Source: Candidatus Leptofilum sp. (GTDB lineage: Bacteria > Chloroflexota > Anaerolineae > Promineifilales > Promineifilaceae). Taken from it: DNA of 64,000 nt. This document shows, one piece after another, positions 36,532 to 46,212 of the stretch. Numbering within the stretch: the stretch's first letter is position 1; every line of letters starts with the position of its first letter. Location: assembly GCF_965223525.1 (NCBI RefSeq), contig NZ_CBDCWX010000005.1, forward strand, positions 323,414 to 387,413, given 5' to 3'. The translations under genes and the position numbers were made by a program. A model generated the notes under the pieces. That model had not been told where the DNA came from. It worked only from the letters and a program-made list of their open reading frames with translations, and did not search any database.

Positions 36532-36604
36532 GAGCTTGTCCTTTACTAATCACCGTTAACAGTACACTATACGGGAATTGTGAACGGCCGTTGCAAACCG
36601 AACA

Positions 36605-37117
36605 TTACTTATTGGCTTCCCAACGCTCATAAAGCTGCGAGCCGAACGCCTCGTATTGCTCCTGACTGTCAAAAAATTTCTTTGGAATGGAATAAAAGCC
36701 TGTGCCTATCCAAATCATAAGATATTTTTTGTAATGCTTTATTGATCTTATTCCCTTCCATTTTGTCAAGGTCTCATTGGCCTCAGTTGCTTCAAACAAA
36801 CCATCCTCTTTAAGAACAAATTTATGTTCTCCTAAAACACCTGGCAAGTAACCAACTGAGAATACCGAGACCACAAGGCCAAATAAGCAAAGAGCTAACA
36901 TGATAAGCGTTGTCCCAATAGAAGCAACAATGAAGCCTGTAAGTATCGTACAAAAAGTACAGACCACATCTCCAGATTGTTCACGACTAAAATATGCTGG
37001 GAAAAACAGGGTTGCCCAAATTATAAAACCCATTACCCATACAGCTTTTGACCGTGGGATGAGGTAAAGTTGCAAATAAAGATGTTCGAGGCGCGAGTGA
37101 TGTGTTGTGATTTCCAA
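36605..37117 (-). CDS. hypothetical membrane protein with YcxB-like C-terminal region
   Basis: 170 aa, two or three TM helices, then ...WKGIRSIKHYKKYLMIWIGTGFYSIPKKFF... Markedly lower GC than the flanks. Confidence 0.45.
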   Translation of the reverse strand: MEITTHHSRLEHLYLQLYLIPRSKAVWVMGFIIWATLFFPAYFSREQSGDVVCTFCTILTGFIVASIGTTLIMLALCLFGLVVSVFSVGYLPGVLGEHKFVLKEDGLFEATEANETLTKWKGIRSIKHYKKYLMIWIGTGFYSIPKKFFDSQEQYEAFGSQLYERWEANK

Positions 37118-37262
37118 AATAAGCCCCCTTGATGACTTGGTTGACTGGAATTTCTGCCATTTTAATCGAATAAAAATCCCTAATCAAGCGCGAATTGATT
37201 TGTACACCACATTGCTTGTGATACGATCCTGGGAATCAATCTGGTTTTAGCAGGAGGCTTTT

Positions 37263-38879
37263 ATGAGCGCGACGATGATTTTGTATAACGGCCGTATCCA
37301 CACCCTAAACCCCCAACAGCCCACGGCAACGGCCGTTGCCATCCGTGATGGAAAAGTGCTGGCAATTGGTTCTGATAATGAAATAAAGTCCCTGCTGGCT
37401 GCTGACGGAGAGTTGGTGAATTTGAACGGCCGTTGCCTCACCCCCGGCTTGGTAGATGCCCATGTCCACTTCCAACATTTCGCTCTCAGCCTCCAGCGCG
37501 TTGACCTACGCGGCAGCCAAACCCTCGACGAAGCCCTCCAGCGCATCCGCCAAAAACTTTCTACCGTTCCCCGTTCACCGAATACCGATTACTGGTTACT
37601 GGGAAGAGGCTGGCGCGTTAACGATTGGGGACAAACCATCTTCCCTACTGCCGCCCACCTGGATGCCATCAGCAGCGATGTGCCAATTTGCCTGCACGAC
37701 CATAGCGGCCACGCCGCCTGGGTAAACAGCTGCGCCCTGCAACTGGCCAACATCACTGCCCAAACGGCCGATCCACCCGGCGGCCAAATTCAGCGCGATG
37801 AAAATAGCCAACCAACAGGCATCCTGTTCGAAGACGCAATGGATTTGGTTACCCAACACATCCCTGCTACCACCACTGCCCAGATTGCCGACGCCATGCG
37901 CGAAGCACAACAATATTGCTGGCGCGTCGGGCTTACCGGCCTGCATGATTTTGACGGCCGTGCCTGCTTCATCGCCCTGCAAAGCCTGCAGCAAAATGGG
38001 GAATTAGGCCTGCGCGTGGTGAAAAATGTGCCGGTCTACCGGCTGGAACACGCCATTGGCGTGGGGCTACGCAGCGGTTTCGGTAACGACTGGCTACGCA
38101 TCGGCAGCGTGAAAATATTTGCCGATGGCGCGCTCGGCCCCCGCACTGCCGCCATGATTGCTCCCTACGAAGGGGAACCAGACAATTACGGCATCGTCGT
38201 CACAGACAAGGAAGAGATGCTGGAGAAGGCGAGTACCGCCAGTGCCAACGGCCTCAGCGTCACTGTCCACGCCATTGGCGACAAGGCAAATCATGACGTG
38301 CTGGATGTGTTTGAAGCTGTTCGCCAAGAAGAAACAATACGCAATACGCAATACAAATTACGTCACCGCATTGAGCATGTCCAACTTATCCACCCCGCCG
38401 ACCAGCCCCGACTAGCACAGCTCAACGTCATCGCCTCTATGCAGCCCATTCACGCAACTTCGGACATGGAAACGGCCGTTCACCATTGGGGCAGCCGCAC
38501 AAAAGATAGCTACGCCTGGCGCATCATGCTCAACAGCGGAGCCACACTTGTTTTTGGCTCCGATGCGCCGATTGAGAAGATTGATCCGATGTTAGGGATT
38601 CATGCGGCCGTTACCCGACAACGCCCCGACGGCAGCCCTGGGCCAGACGGCTGGCACCCTGAACAAAAGCTCACCATGGCCGAAACTATCCACGCCTTCA
38701 CCACCGCCGCCGCCATTACCAGCGGGCAGGAAGCCACGCAAGGTAGCATTATCTGCGGTAAACTTGCCGATTTCACTATTTTCAGCCGGGACATCTTCAC
38801 CATCCCGCCGGATGAGTTGCTGGATGTGGAAATTAGCGGCACGGTTGTGGGGGGCACCTTCAAGTACCGCACGTTTTGA
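37263..38879 (+). CDS. YtcJ-like metal-dependent amidohydrolase (Amidohydro_3 type)
   Basis: NGRIHT...AVAIRDGKVLAIG...PGLVDAHVHF N-terminus and HAIGD / IEHVQL / GSDAP metal-site motifs. Confidence 0.8.
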   Translation: MSATMILYNGRIHTLNPQQPTATAVAIRDGKVLAIGSDNEIKSLLAADGELVNLNGRCLTPGLVDAHVHFQHFALSLQRVDLRGSQTLDEALQRIRQKLSTVPRSPNTDYWLLGRGWRVNDWGQTIFPTAAHLDAISSDVPICLHDHSGHAAWVNSCALQLANITAQTADPPGGQIQRDENSQPTGILFEDAMDLVTQHIPATTTAQIADAMREAQQYCWRVGLTGLHDFDGRACFIALQSLQQNGELGLRVVKNVPVYRLEHAIGVGLRSGFGNDWLRIGSVKIFADGALGPRTAAMIAPYEGEPDNYGIVVTDKEEMLEKASTASANGLSVTVHAIGDKANHDVLDVFEAVRQEETIRNTQYKLRHRIEHVQLIHPADQPRLAQLNVIASMQPIHATSDMETAVHHWGSRTKDSYAWRIMLNSGATLVFGSDAPIEKIDPMLGIHAAVTRQRPDGSPGPDGWHPEQKLTMAETIHAFTTAAAITSGQEATQGSIICGKLADFTIFSRDIFTIPPDELLDVEISGTVVGGTFKYRTF

Positions 38880-38963
38880 TCAAAAAAAACAAAACGCAGA
38901 TTCACCTGGTGAAAAAGATCAGGGCGATTAGGTAAATTTGCGTCCTAATCTTGTAACCTCTCT

Positions 38964-38986
38964 GCGCGGAAAGAATCCGCGGCTAC
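38964..38986. repeat. second copy of the 23-mer GCGCGGAAAGAATCCGCGGCTAC
   Basis: Exact match to 17797-17819. It overlaps the stop codon of the DUF2723 gene. Confidence 0.7.
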
Positions 38987-41583
38987 TGCACGGTTATTGG
39001 CCCCAAAATGTAGCGGTCACCATTCAAGTTGCCTTCGTGGTCAGAGATGTGCAGGCGACGGCCGCTTACCATTTCATACAATCCCACCTCAATAAAGTAG
39101 GTGCCGGGCGGCAGGTCGGGGGGAATCGTCAGGCGGTACGGGTCAATGAAGCGTTGGCCGGGCAGCCATTTGGGAATCCACAAATGGGTCGGCGCAGAGC
39201 CACCCAGCGGCGTGTAATCCAGAAAAACGTACGGCACATTGTTGCTGTCAATGAGATGGACAAAAATGGTGTAACTTTCTTCTGCTTTAGCCAGGGCCTC
39301 CCATTCCAGCGTCACGTTCACGATGTCGCCACGCTGGACAGTGTTTAGGTTTTCAACTGTCCAGGGGGCTGCGGCGCGGTCTCCGTTTACACGCGCAGAG
39401 GCACTTACCAAGCCCACCCGCTGCCGGAAGTTGGCCAGCAAATGCTCAGTTTCGGGCGGAGCGTCCACGGCGTTAACGCTTAGCGGCCCCAAATCTAAGT
39501 CAAGTGGAATTTCCTCGTTTTGGCTGAGGTTTTTCATATTGAGCCGCAGTGGATAAACGCCACCCGCTAAATCGTGCGGCAGCGCAAAGTCAAAACGCTC
39601 CACAATTACCTCATTTTCCCACCAGTTTGGGGTGATGAGATGGCTGTCGGTGGTAAATTCATAGCGGAGATCGCCCACGTACAGCACGGGAACGTAAAAA
39701 TCTTGCGTGCCAGCAGGCGCACGCATGGCCAAAGTCAGGGGCACAAAATCACCAGTCGTGGCGTGATGTTCTGGCAAATCATAAGCTACAATTTCGATGT
39801 CGTTGGCAACGGCCGTTACCGCAATCATTCCCTCTGGCACCGTTGTGTCTCCAGGCTCTACTACTTGGTAAAAGATGCTAGACGGCCGTAACCGAAACTC
39901 AGTCCCCGCCAAAGCTCCCTGCCGAAAATTACTTAAATAAACTGGCCCAGCGGGCAAATTGGCAAAAATGGCATCCAACCACGGGTTTGCCGTACCAGCC
40001 GCTACCAACTGTGGCGTAACCACTGCCGGATTCGGCCAATTTCCATTGACATAACGCTCATGCCAAAGTGGCGTCATTCGCTCCCAATCACTCAATAGCA
40101 CCGCCCCACTTTCCTGCCCATCGGCCCAATGCTCAACTGCTTCAATTACCGTCTGCCCCTCATCATAATCCCGCAACGAAACGCGCGGCATATTTTGCCA
40201 CACCTGCCAAATCGGCCCCGCAATAAAGAAAAAAGCCAGCGCAAAATAAAACCCGCGTCCATCCACGTTCATCCGCGTCCCAATTACTAAAAGCCAAAGC
40301 AACCCCAGCCCCGCAAACAGCCCGACAATCAAAAATGGGCCAACCAAATACGCCATGCTGTCCTGCGCCCGCAAGCTAATGACGAAGGCATAGGTGCCGA
40401 GGAAAGTTAAGGCAAAGAGCGTAACAAGGTGGCCGGGGGACAAAGTGAAGGGGTGAGTACTCGTTTCCTTTTTACCTTGTCTCCGGCGATTGGCAATCGC
40501 ATTCACCTTGTCAAAAATGGGCCAGAGGAGGCCGAACAGTGCTAACAAAATAACAGGCCAGCTAAACTGGAGACGCAGCAGACTCCAGAAAACGCGGGCG
40601 CGGTTGGGCTGGTCGGCCAGGCTAACATAGGGCAGCGAGTCGCTAAGGCCACGTGCCAGAATGTGATCCAGAAAGCCATTGAGCGTGTTCATAGTGGTGG
40701 GGCCAAAGCCGGGATCCATCGGGCTGCGAATAGGGAAGTAGAGCCAGACGGATAGCCCCAGCAGGGCAAATCCAACCATTTTTAAAACGGTTTGCCAGTT
40801 GTGCAGCGCCATGCGGCGGAGGCTAGAAATTACAGATTGGAGATTAAGGCACGTGTTCCCAGTCTCCAGTCTCCAGTCTCTAAACTCTTTGGTCAGCCAA
40901 ACGCTCAGAATAAATAACGCATACGCCGGAAAGCCAAAGACGGTGAGCGGGTGGTGCGTCACGCCTAGTCCGGCGGAGAAGCAGAAGGCGCAGAGCCATT
41001 TGTTTGAAGGGGTGAGAGAATCCACCTCTTTAGCCCTTCGCCCCTTCACTCCTTCATTTTCTGCCCACCATTTTGTCAAAAAGAATAGATTGGCGGCGGT
41101 AAAGGTGGCGGTGAGGATGTGAGGGTTGGCGTGGATAGCGTGCTGCCAGTGGTTTACGGCCGTTCCCACCACAAAAGCACCAAAAAGCGCAGCCATCGTC
41201 CCCAAAAGTTGACCTTCTTGAAGAAGGTCAACTTTTCTTGCCACCGTGCGAATGATGCCAAAGACAAACCAGGCACCCAGCGAAGCAGAAACGGCCGCAA
41301 GCAAATGCATCCGCCAGGCCACCGTGCCAATGGGAATAATTGTCTGGAATAGCTTGCCCAACAGCGTGATAAACGCATAGCCTGGCGGGTGGGCAATGCC
41401 CAACATGTTAGCCACAAAAGTGTACTCACTAGGGTCGCCCAGCACGGGGGATTGTGCCAGGGTGAGGAGGTAGAGGGTGAGGAGAGTTATTAGTAAAAAG
41501 AGACTGGAGATTAGAGACTGGAGATTCGTTTTTAGTCTCCAATCTCCGGTCTCTAATCTCCTATTTTTTGAGTAATTGGTCAT
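38983..41583 (-). CDS. DUF2723/TMEM260-like GT-C-fold membrane protein (putative polyprenol-phosphate-sugar-dependent glycosyltransferase) with large extracytoplasmic C-terminal domain
   Basis: VLGDPSEYTFVANMLGIAHPPGYAFITLLGKLF signature. More than 10 TM helices, then ~390 soluble residues. The start is uncertain (ATG 41583 chosen) because the N-terminus reads through repeat 41499-41562. Confidence 0.7.
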   Translation of the reverse strand: MTNYSKNRRLETGDWRLKTNLQSLISSLFLLITLLTLYLLTLAQSPVLGDPSEYTFVANMLGIAHPPGYAFITLLGKLFQTIIPIGTVAWRMHLLAAVSASLGAWFVFGIIRTVARKVDLLQEGQLLGTMAALFGAFVVGTAVNHWQHAIHANPHILTATFTAANLFFLTKWWAENEGVKGRRAKEVDSLTPSNKWLCAFCFSAGLGVTHHPLTVFGFPAYALFILSVWLTKEFRDWRLETGNTCLNLQSVISSLRRMALHNWQTVLKMVGFALLGLSVWLYFPIRSPMDPGFGPTTMNTLNGFLDHILARGLSDSLPYVSLADQPNRARVFWSLLRLQFSWPVILLALFGLLWPIFDKVNAIANRRRQGKKETSTHPFTLSPGHLVTLFALTFLGTYAFVISLRAQDSMAYLVGPFLIVGLFAGLGLLWLLVIGTRMNVDGRGFYFALAFFFIAGPIWQVWQNMPRVSLRDYDEGQTVIEAVEHWADGQESGAVLLSDWERMTPLWHERYVNGNWPNPAVVTPQLVAAGTANPWLDAIFANLPAGPVYLSNFRQGALAGTEFRLRPSSIFYQVVEPGDTTVPEGMIAVTAVANDIEIVAYDLPEHHATTGDFVPLTLAMRAPAGTQDFYVPVLYVGDLRYEFTTDSHLITPNWWENEVIVERFDFALPHDLAGGVYPLRLNMKNLSQNEEIPLDLDLGPLSVNAVDAPPETEHLLANFRQRVGLVSASARVNGDRAAAPWTVENLNTVQRGDIVNVTLEWEALAKAEESYTIFVHLIDSNNVPYVFLDYTPLGGSAPTHLWIPKWLPGQRFIDPYRLTIPPDLPPGTYFIEVGLYEMVSGRRLHISDHEGNLNGDRYILGPITVQ
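40825..40881. repeat. GGAGACT/GGAGATT heptamer repeat embedded in frame in the DUF2723 gene
   Basis: Minus strand: AGAGACT GGAGACT GGAGACT GG ... TTAATCTCCAATCTG..., translated as RDWRLETGNTCLNLQSVISS. Confidence 0.75.
41499..41562. repeat. GGAGATT/AGAGACT heptamer hairpin (about 21-bp stem)
   Basis: GGAGATTAGAGACTGGAGATT pairs with AATCTCCGGTCTCTAATCTCC at 20 of 21 positions. Lies at the GT4 / DUF2723 gene junction. Confidence 0.8.
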
Positions 41584-42685
41584 AGATGGCAATGGTTTCT
41601 TGCGCTGTGCGTTCCCAGCTAAATTTTTGTGCGTGAGCCAGGCCAAGCTGCTGGCGATGTTGATACTCTTCTTTGTCAGTGAGCAGGCGGTGGATTACGG
41701 CCGTCATCTTTTCCACATTTCTCGGATCAAAATAAGCGGCCGCGTTACCCCCAACTTCTGGATGTGGCCCAGCGTTGCTGGCAGCAACGACCTGCCCAGA
41801 AGCCATCTGCTCCAAAATGGGTAAGCCAAATCCTTCATACAAACTCGGTTGCACGCCTAAAGCAGCTCCGGCAAGCACGGCGGGCAAATCTTCATCTGGT
41901 ACCCAGCCCAACACTTTTACAGCATCTTGCAAACCGTCAGTTTCAATTTTGGCGAAAAAGTCATCATAGAGCCATCCCTTGCCCCCAGCCAGGACGAGGG
42001 AGAGATTTGGAAGAGTTTGGCGGAGTGCCTTGAGGGCATCGAGCAAACGATTGAGATTCTTGCGTGGCTCGATGGTGCTGAGGTGAACAAGGTACCGGTC
42101 GGGTAAATCGTATGTCTGCTTAATTTGGGTTACCCTGGCCGGGGACACAGGTTGAAAATGGGAAGCCGGTGCCTCGTGCACAACATGAATCTTAGCCGGA
42201 TCAATGCCAAATTGCGTGACGATGTCTTGCCGGGTTGCCTGCGAAACGGCGACGATGGCATCGGCGCGGCGGCAGTAAAGGGGCATGGCCACATTCAAAT
42301 ACCAGTAGTTGAGCTTTTTGTGGTAGGCAGGAAAAAGCTGCGGAATTAGATCGTGGATAGTGAGGACGGTGGGTACGCCGCGCAAGGGCAATAAAAGATG
42401 TTCTGTTGCATGAAATAGTTCTGCGTTAGGAATTAGCCGGTTAAAGCCTAACCGACCCATCTGCCCCAACAGCACGGCCATGCGCCACGGTTTGTACCCC
42501 CACTGTACCGATTTTTGGGGGATTTGGGTGGGAAGTGATGGTGGGAAACGGCCGTCCCGCCCCCGATTATAAAAAAGTCCAAACCGCTCTGGCTGTGCTT
42601 CGATGAGTGCCTGGGCCAGCTTTTCGCTGTACCGTCCCAGGCCGGCTCTGGCGTGAACGGCCGCAGAAATATCCACATAAATCAT
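41561..42685 (-). CDS. GT4-family (GT-B, Glycos_transf_1) glycosyltransferase
   Basis: EGFGLPILEQMASG motif and overall two-Rossmann layout. Confidence 0.85.
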   Translation of the reverse strand: MIYVDISAAVHARAGLGRYSEKLAQALIEAQPERFGLFYNRGRDGRFPPSLPTQIPQKSVQWGYKPWRMAVLLGQMGRLGFNRLIPNAELFHATEHLLLPLRGVPTVLTIHDLIPQLFPAYHKKLNYWYLNVAMPLYCRRADAIVAVSQATRQDIVTQFGIDPAKIHVVHEAPASHFQPVSPARVTQIKQTYDLPDRYLVHLSTIEPRKNLNRLLDALKALRQTLPNLSLVLAGGKGWLYDDFFAKIETDGLQDAVKVLGWVPDEDLPAVLAGAALGVQPSLYEGFGLPILEQMASGQVVAASNAGPHPEVGGNAAAYFDPRNVEKMTAVIHRLLTDKEEYQHRQQLGLAHAQKFSWERTAQETIAIYDQLLKK

Positions 42686-42805
42686 GAGCAGGATTGTAGC
42701 AGCAGGACACAGCTGTGGCTAAAGGCAGCAACCTACGCCTAAGCAACGATTGGCAGTCTCCGTTACAATGTGTGTGAGCAGAATTTGTTACGTTGGAGGC
42801 TTGAT

Positions 42806-43354
42806 ATGGAGAAAGTTCAGATACGGAGAGCCGTGCCGGATGATGCGGACAGGATGGCGCACTGTTTGGTGGCTGGGAATCGAGCGTCATTCGATGGGTT
42901 GGTTCCAGAGAAGTGCCTGGATTTTCCGGTGGAAGAGAGCAGCCGCAACTGGCGGCAAACCCTGGTTGAAAATGAAACCAGCCACATCTGGCTGCTGCTG
43001 GTGGCAGAATATGAAGCGGGGTTGGTTGTGGGCTACGCCATGTTTGGCACGGGCAGCCGCCAGTCTGAGTTTGGCAGTGAACTGCTCTCTATGGCCGTAG
43101 ACCCCAATTGGCAGCAGCGCGGCATTGGGCGGCTGTTGGTGCAACGGGGGGCTGCGTTTTACCAAAAGCAGGGAATCCATTCGATGCTGGTGGGGGTCTT
43201 GGAGATCAATCCAAACGTGGCTTTTTATGAGCGGCTGGGGGCAAAGTATGTTGAGGAACGGCCGTACAATTGGGACGGCTTCGAGACGACCGAACTACTT
43301 TATGGCTGGGCCAATTTAGAGATGCTTGCAAATCTGCGAGGAAGAGGAAGGTGA
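42806..43354 (+). CDS. GNAT-family N-acetyltransferase
   Basis: GGAGG RBS. MEKVQIRRAVPDDA start. Acetyl-CoA motif A QQRGIGRLLV. Confidence 0.8.
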   Translation: MEKVQIRRAVPDDADRMAHCLVAGNRASFDGLVPEKCLDFPVEESSRNWRQTLVENETSHIWLLLVAEYEAGLVVGYAMFGTGSRQSEFGSELLSMAVDPNWQQRGIGRLLVQRGAAFYQKQGIHSMLVGVLEINPNVAFYERLGAKYVEERPYNWDGFETTELLYGWANLEMLANLRGRGR

Positions 43355-46036
43355 GAACGGCCGTTCTTCTTGCTGCACCTCGTCAAGCCGCCTCTGCAAC
43401 GCCGCAGCGACTTCCCGCACATATGGCTCTTGCAGAACCCCAAGATGATCTGTGGAGAACTGACAGAGGTACACTCCCTCAGCCGCTGCTTTGTCCCAGC
43501 CTAACGATTGATTTGTGAGGCGGCTACGTTCAACCACAAACATATCAATTTTGCCCTGAAACGTGCCACTTGGCCGATAGCGTAAGCGAGATTGGCGGGT
43601 AACAAACTTCATTAAATAATAATCTCGATGCTGCCGCAAAACGGGTGCGCCACTGGCAAGATAGAAGCTAAAAACAGACTTCTTAGCAATTTGATAAAGC
43701 CGAGCAAGCCGCTGGCGTGATTGCAAGGCAATATGCCGCACCTTGCCCACAATCAATTTTGGTAAGTTTTTGTCCAAGCCAAACGTTGGCAAACTGTCCA
43801 CCTGTAGGCCAACGCCATTCTGATGCTGGATCATCAACGATTCTCTACTGTCTAGTGGCGATGGTTCGATGAGAGCCAGTAGAGCCACTTGCTGCCCAGC
43901 TTTTTGCAGCTGCCAAGCCATTTCATAGGCAACCATGCCGCCATAACAGAAACCGCCTAAATAGTAGGGACCTTCTGGCTGGAACTGCCGAATCTCCGCC
44001 ACATACCGCTCAGCAAGCGCTTCAACTCTGGGTGACTCCACGCGATGCCCTGTCCAGTTAGGCGGCTGCACGCCATAAAAGGGCTGGTCATCGGCCAAAT
44101 AGTCGGCCAATTTTTGATGATTGAAGACATGCCCAGCACCGCCATGTACACAATAAAATGGGGGGCGGCCGCCGCCTTCTTTAATTGGAACAAGGGCCGA
44201 CCATGAATCAGACGGCCGTTGCCGTTCGATAGCTTCAGCCAACTGGGCAATCGTTGGATATTGGAACAGCAAGGTAATAGGCAAGCCTTGCATGATTCGT
44301 TTATCAATTTGGGCAAACACGAGCGTAGCCAGCAATGAGTGACCGCCTAGCGTGAAGAAATTGTCGTATATCCCAATGGGCTTTACGCCGAGAACCTCCT
44401 CCCAAATGGCTACTAAGGTCGCTTCATGCTCTGTGGTTGGGGCAGCAAACGCCTCATTTTTCTCTGTTTGGGCAAGTGGCAGTTTACTCAGAGCCAGCCG
44501 GTCTATTTTACCGTTTGCGTTTTGGGGCAATTTGTCTAAAAAGATAAATTGGGCGGGAACCATATATTCAGGCAGCGCTGTTCGCATAAAGTGAACGAGG
44601 GCTTCGGTCGTTGGCTTTTGGCCTGCATAGGGAACGACGTAGGCAATGAGTTGTTTATCGCCAACTGCTGGGGTATGGGTAATAACGGCCGTTTCCTTCA
44701 CCAATTTATACTGAGCCAAAGTCGCTTCAACTTCCGCTATTTCAATGCGAAAGCCTCGAATTTTTACCCGTGAATCTTTGCGACCTAAATAAACTAAACT
44801 ACCATCTGGTTGCAAACGGCCTAAATCTCCTGTGTGATAAAGTCTCATCGTAGGCTCGTTAGCGACTTGCGGGAATGCCTGCTTGGTTAAAGCAGGCCGC
44901 TGCCAATAAGCCACAGCAAGATACGGGCTTTTGACCACAATTTCGCCTACTTCGGATGGAGGGACGGTGCGGTCGTTTTCATCAACCAAAATAATCTCTT
45001 TATCTTGAACAGGGTAGCCTACAGGGACAACATTGGTTTCTAGCTCAATCTGTTTATTCACAAAAAATTGACGGTAAATAGAAACCTCTGTTGAGCTTAA
45101 ATTGTTGAGTAAAATGCAGTTATCAGAAAATCGCTTTCTGTATCGCTCAACATCCGCAGTAGAAACTGCCTCGCCCCCTAAATGGATTAGGCGAATCTTC
45201 GGAAAATTTTCATCCCCCTCCAAATTGTCCACAAAATGCCGAAAAACTGTCGGGATGGAGTGAAAAATCGTTATGCCTTCCTCAATCAACCAACGTTCTA
45301 ATCGTGTTAATCCCAACAGTTTTAAGTTAAAAGGAAAAATCGCTGCCCCTTTCAACATCGCCCGGAAAATATCACTGATACCCGCCGCATGGCTTAGCGA
45401 GCCAAATAAAGACAGCCGATCATCCATACAAATTTTGGTCGCATTGGTGTAGGTCATCACGTAATGAAGAATGTTTCGCTGATTTTGCAAAACTCCTTTG
45501 GGCTTGCCTGTAGAACCTGACGTGTAAATGAGATAGGCGGGCGCGTCTGGTGAGATGGGAAGGCTCAAATCTTTGGCTGATTTACCTTGCACCTCATCTT
45601 CTACATTAATAATCTGGATTTTGTCTGTCTGATAGGTTTGGGCTGTAGGGAAGTTTTTGTGATTGGTTAAAATCAACTCAGCCAGAGAGTCTTGCAATAA
45701 ATATGATGCTCTGGCCTGGGGATACGATGGGTCTATGGGAACAAATGCTTTGCCTGCCTTTAGCACGCCAAATAGCGCGGTTACAAAAGCAATGGTGGGC
45801 TCAAACAGTAAAGCGACAACTTTTCCCTCCCTTCCAGCTTTTTCCAAAATGGTATGGGCGATCTGGTTGGCTCGGTCATTTAATTGCTGGTAGGTCAACG
45901 CGGCCGTTTCAGTTTTAATAGCTAAGCGGCCTGGGGTTTGCTGAACTTGGGATTCAAAACAAGCAGCAATGGATTGCTCTATGCTCTTTTTTTCAAATGG
46001 TCTAAATGTAGCAGGTGGGGGAACGGTCACCTTCAT
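43316..46036 (-). CDS. stand-alone NRPS-like protein: adenylation - thiolation - thioesterase (A-T-TE), no condensation domain
   Basis: A-domain cores LIYTSGSTGKPKGV, YHTGDLGR, GRKDSRVKIRGFRIE, NANGKIDR. Carrier-protein site FFTLGGHSLLA. TE domain PFYCVHGGAG ... GGFCYGG ... DHLGVL. Confidence 0.85.
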   Translation of the reverse strand: MKVTVPPPATFRPFEKKSIEQSIAACFESQVQQTPGRLAIKTETAALTYQQLNDRANQIAHTILEKAGREGKVVALLFEPTIAFVTALFGVLKAGKAFVPIDPSYPQARASYLLQDSLAELILTNHKNFPTAQTYQTDKIQIINVEDEVQGKSAKDLSLPISPDAPAYLIYTSGSTGKPKGVLQNQRNILHYVMTYTNATKICMDDRLSLFGSLSHAAGISDIFRAMLKGAAIFPFNLKLLGLTRLERWLIEEGITIFHSIPTVFRHFVDNLEGDENFPKIRLIHLGGEAVSTADVERYRKRFSDNCILLNNLSSTEVSIYRQFFVNKQIELETNVVPVGYPVQDKEIILVDENDRTVPPSEVGEIVVKSPYLAVAYWQRPALTKQAFPQVANEPTMRLYHTGDLGRLQPDGSLVYLGRKDSRVKIRGFRIEIAEVEATLAQYKLVKETAVITHTPAVGDKQLIAYVVPYAGQKPTTEALVHFMRTALPEYMVPAQFIFLDKLPQNANGKIDRLALSKLPLAQTEKNEAFAAPTTEHEATLVAIWEEVLGVKPIGIYDNFFTLGGHSLLATLVFAQIDKRIMQGLPITLLFQYPTIAQLAEAIERQRPSDSWSALVPIKEGGGRPPFYCVHGGAGHVFNHQKLADYLADDQPFYGVQPPNWTGHRVESPRVEALAERYVAEIRQFQPEGPYYLGGFCYGGMVAYEMAWQLQKAGQQVALLALIEPSPLDSRESLMIQHQNGVGLQVDSLPTFGLDKNLPKLIVGKVRHIALQSRQRLARLYQIAKKSVFSFYLASGAPVLRQHRDYYLMKFVTRQSRLRYRPSGTFQGKIDMFVVERSRLTNQSLGWDKAAAEGVYLCQFSTDHLGVLQEPYVREVAAALQRRLDEVQQEERPFSPSSSSQICKHL

Positions 46037-46212
46037 AAGCTAGCCCCTTTTGATATGAGTGATTATCAAAAATTTGGCTACTTCAAAGGTGATAATCAGC
46101 TTAACCCTAAGTAGAGAATCTTTCGGGGCGGATTAAGTTTAATCACGGTTTTACGCAATGGGGGAAATTGCTCACAAGCGTTTAATCAGCGGCTGGGACA
46201 ATTTAGAATGGC

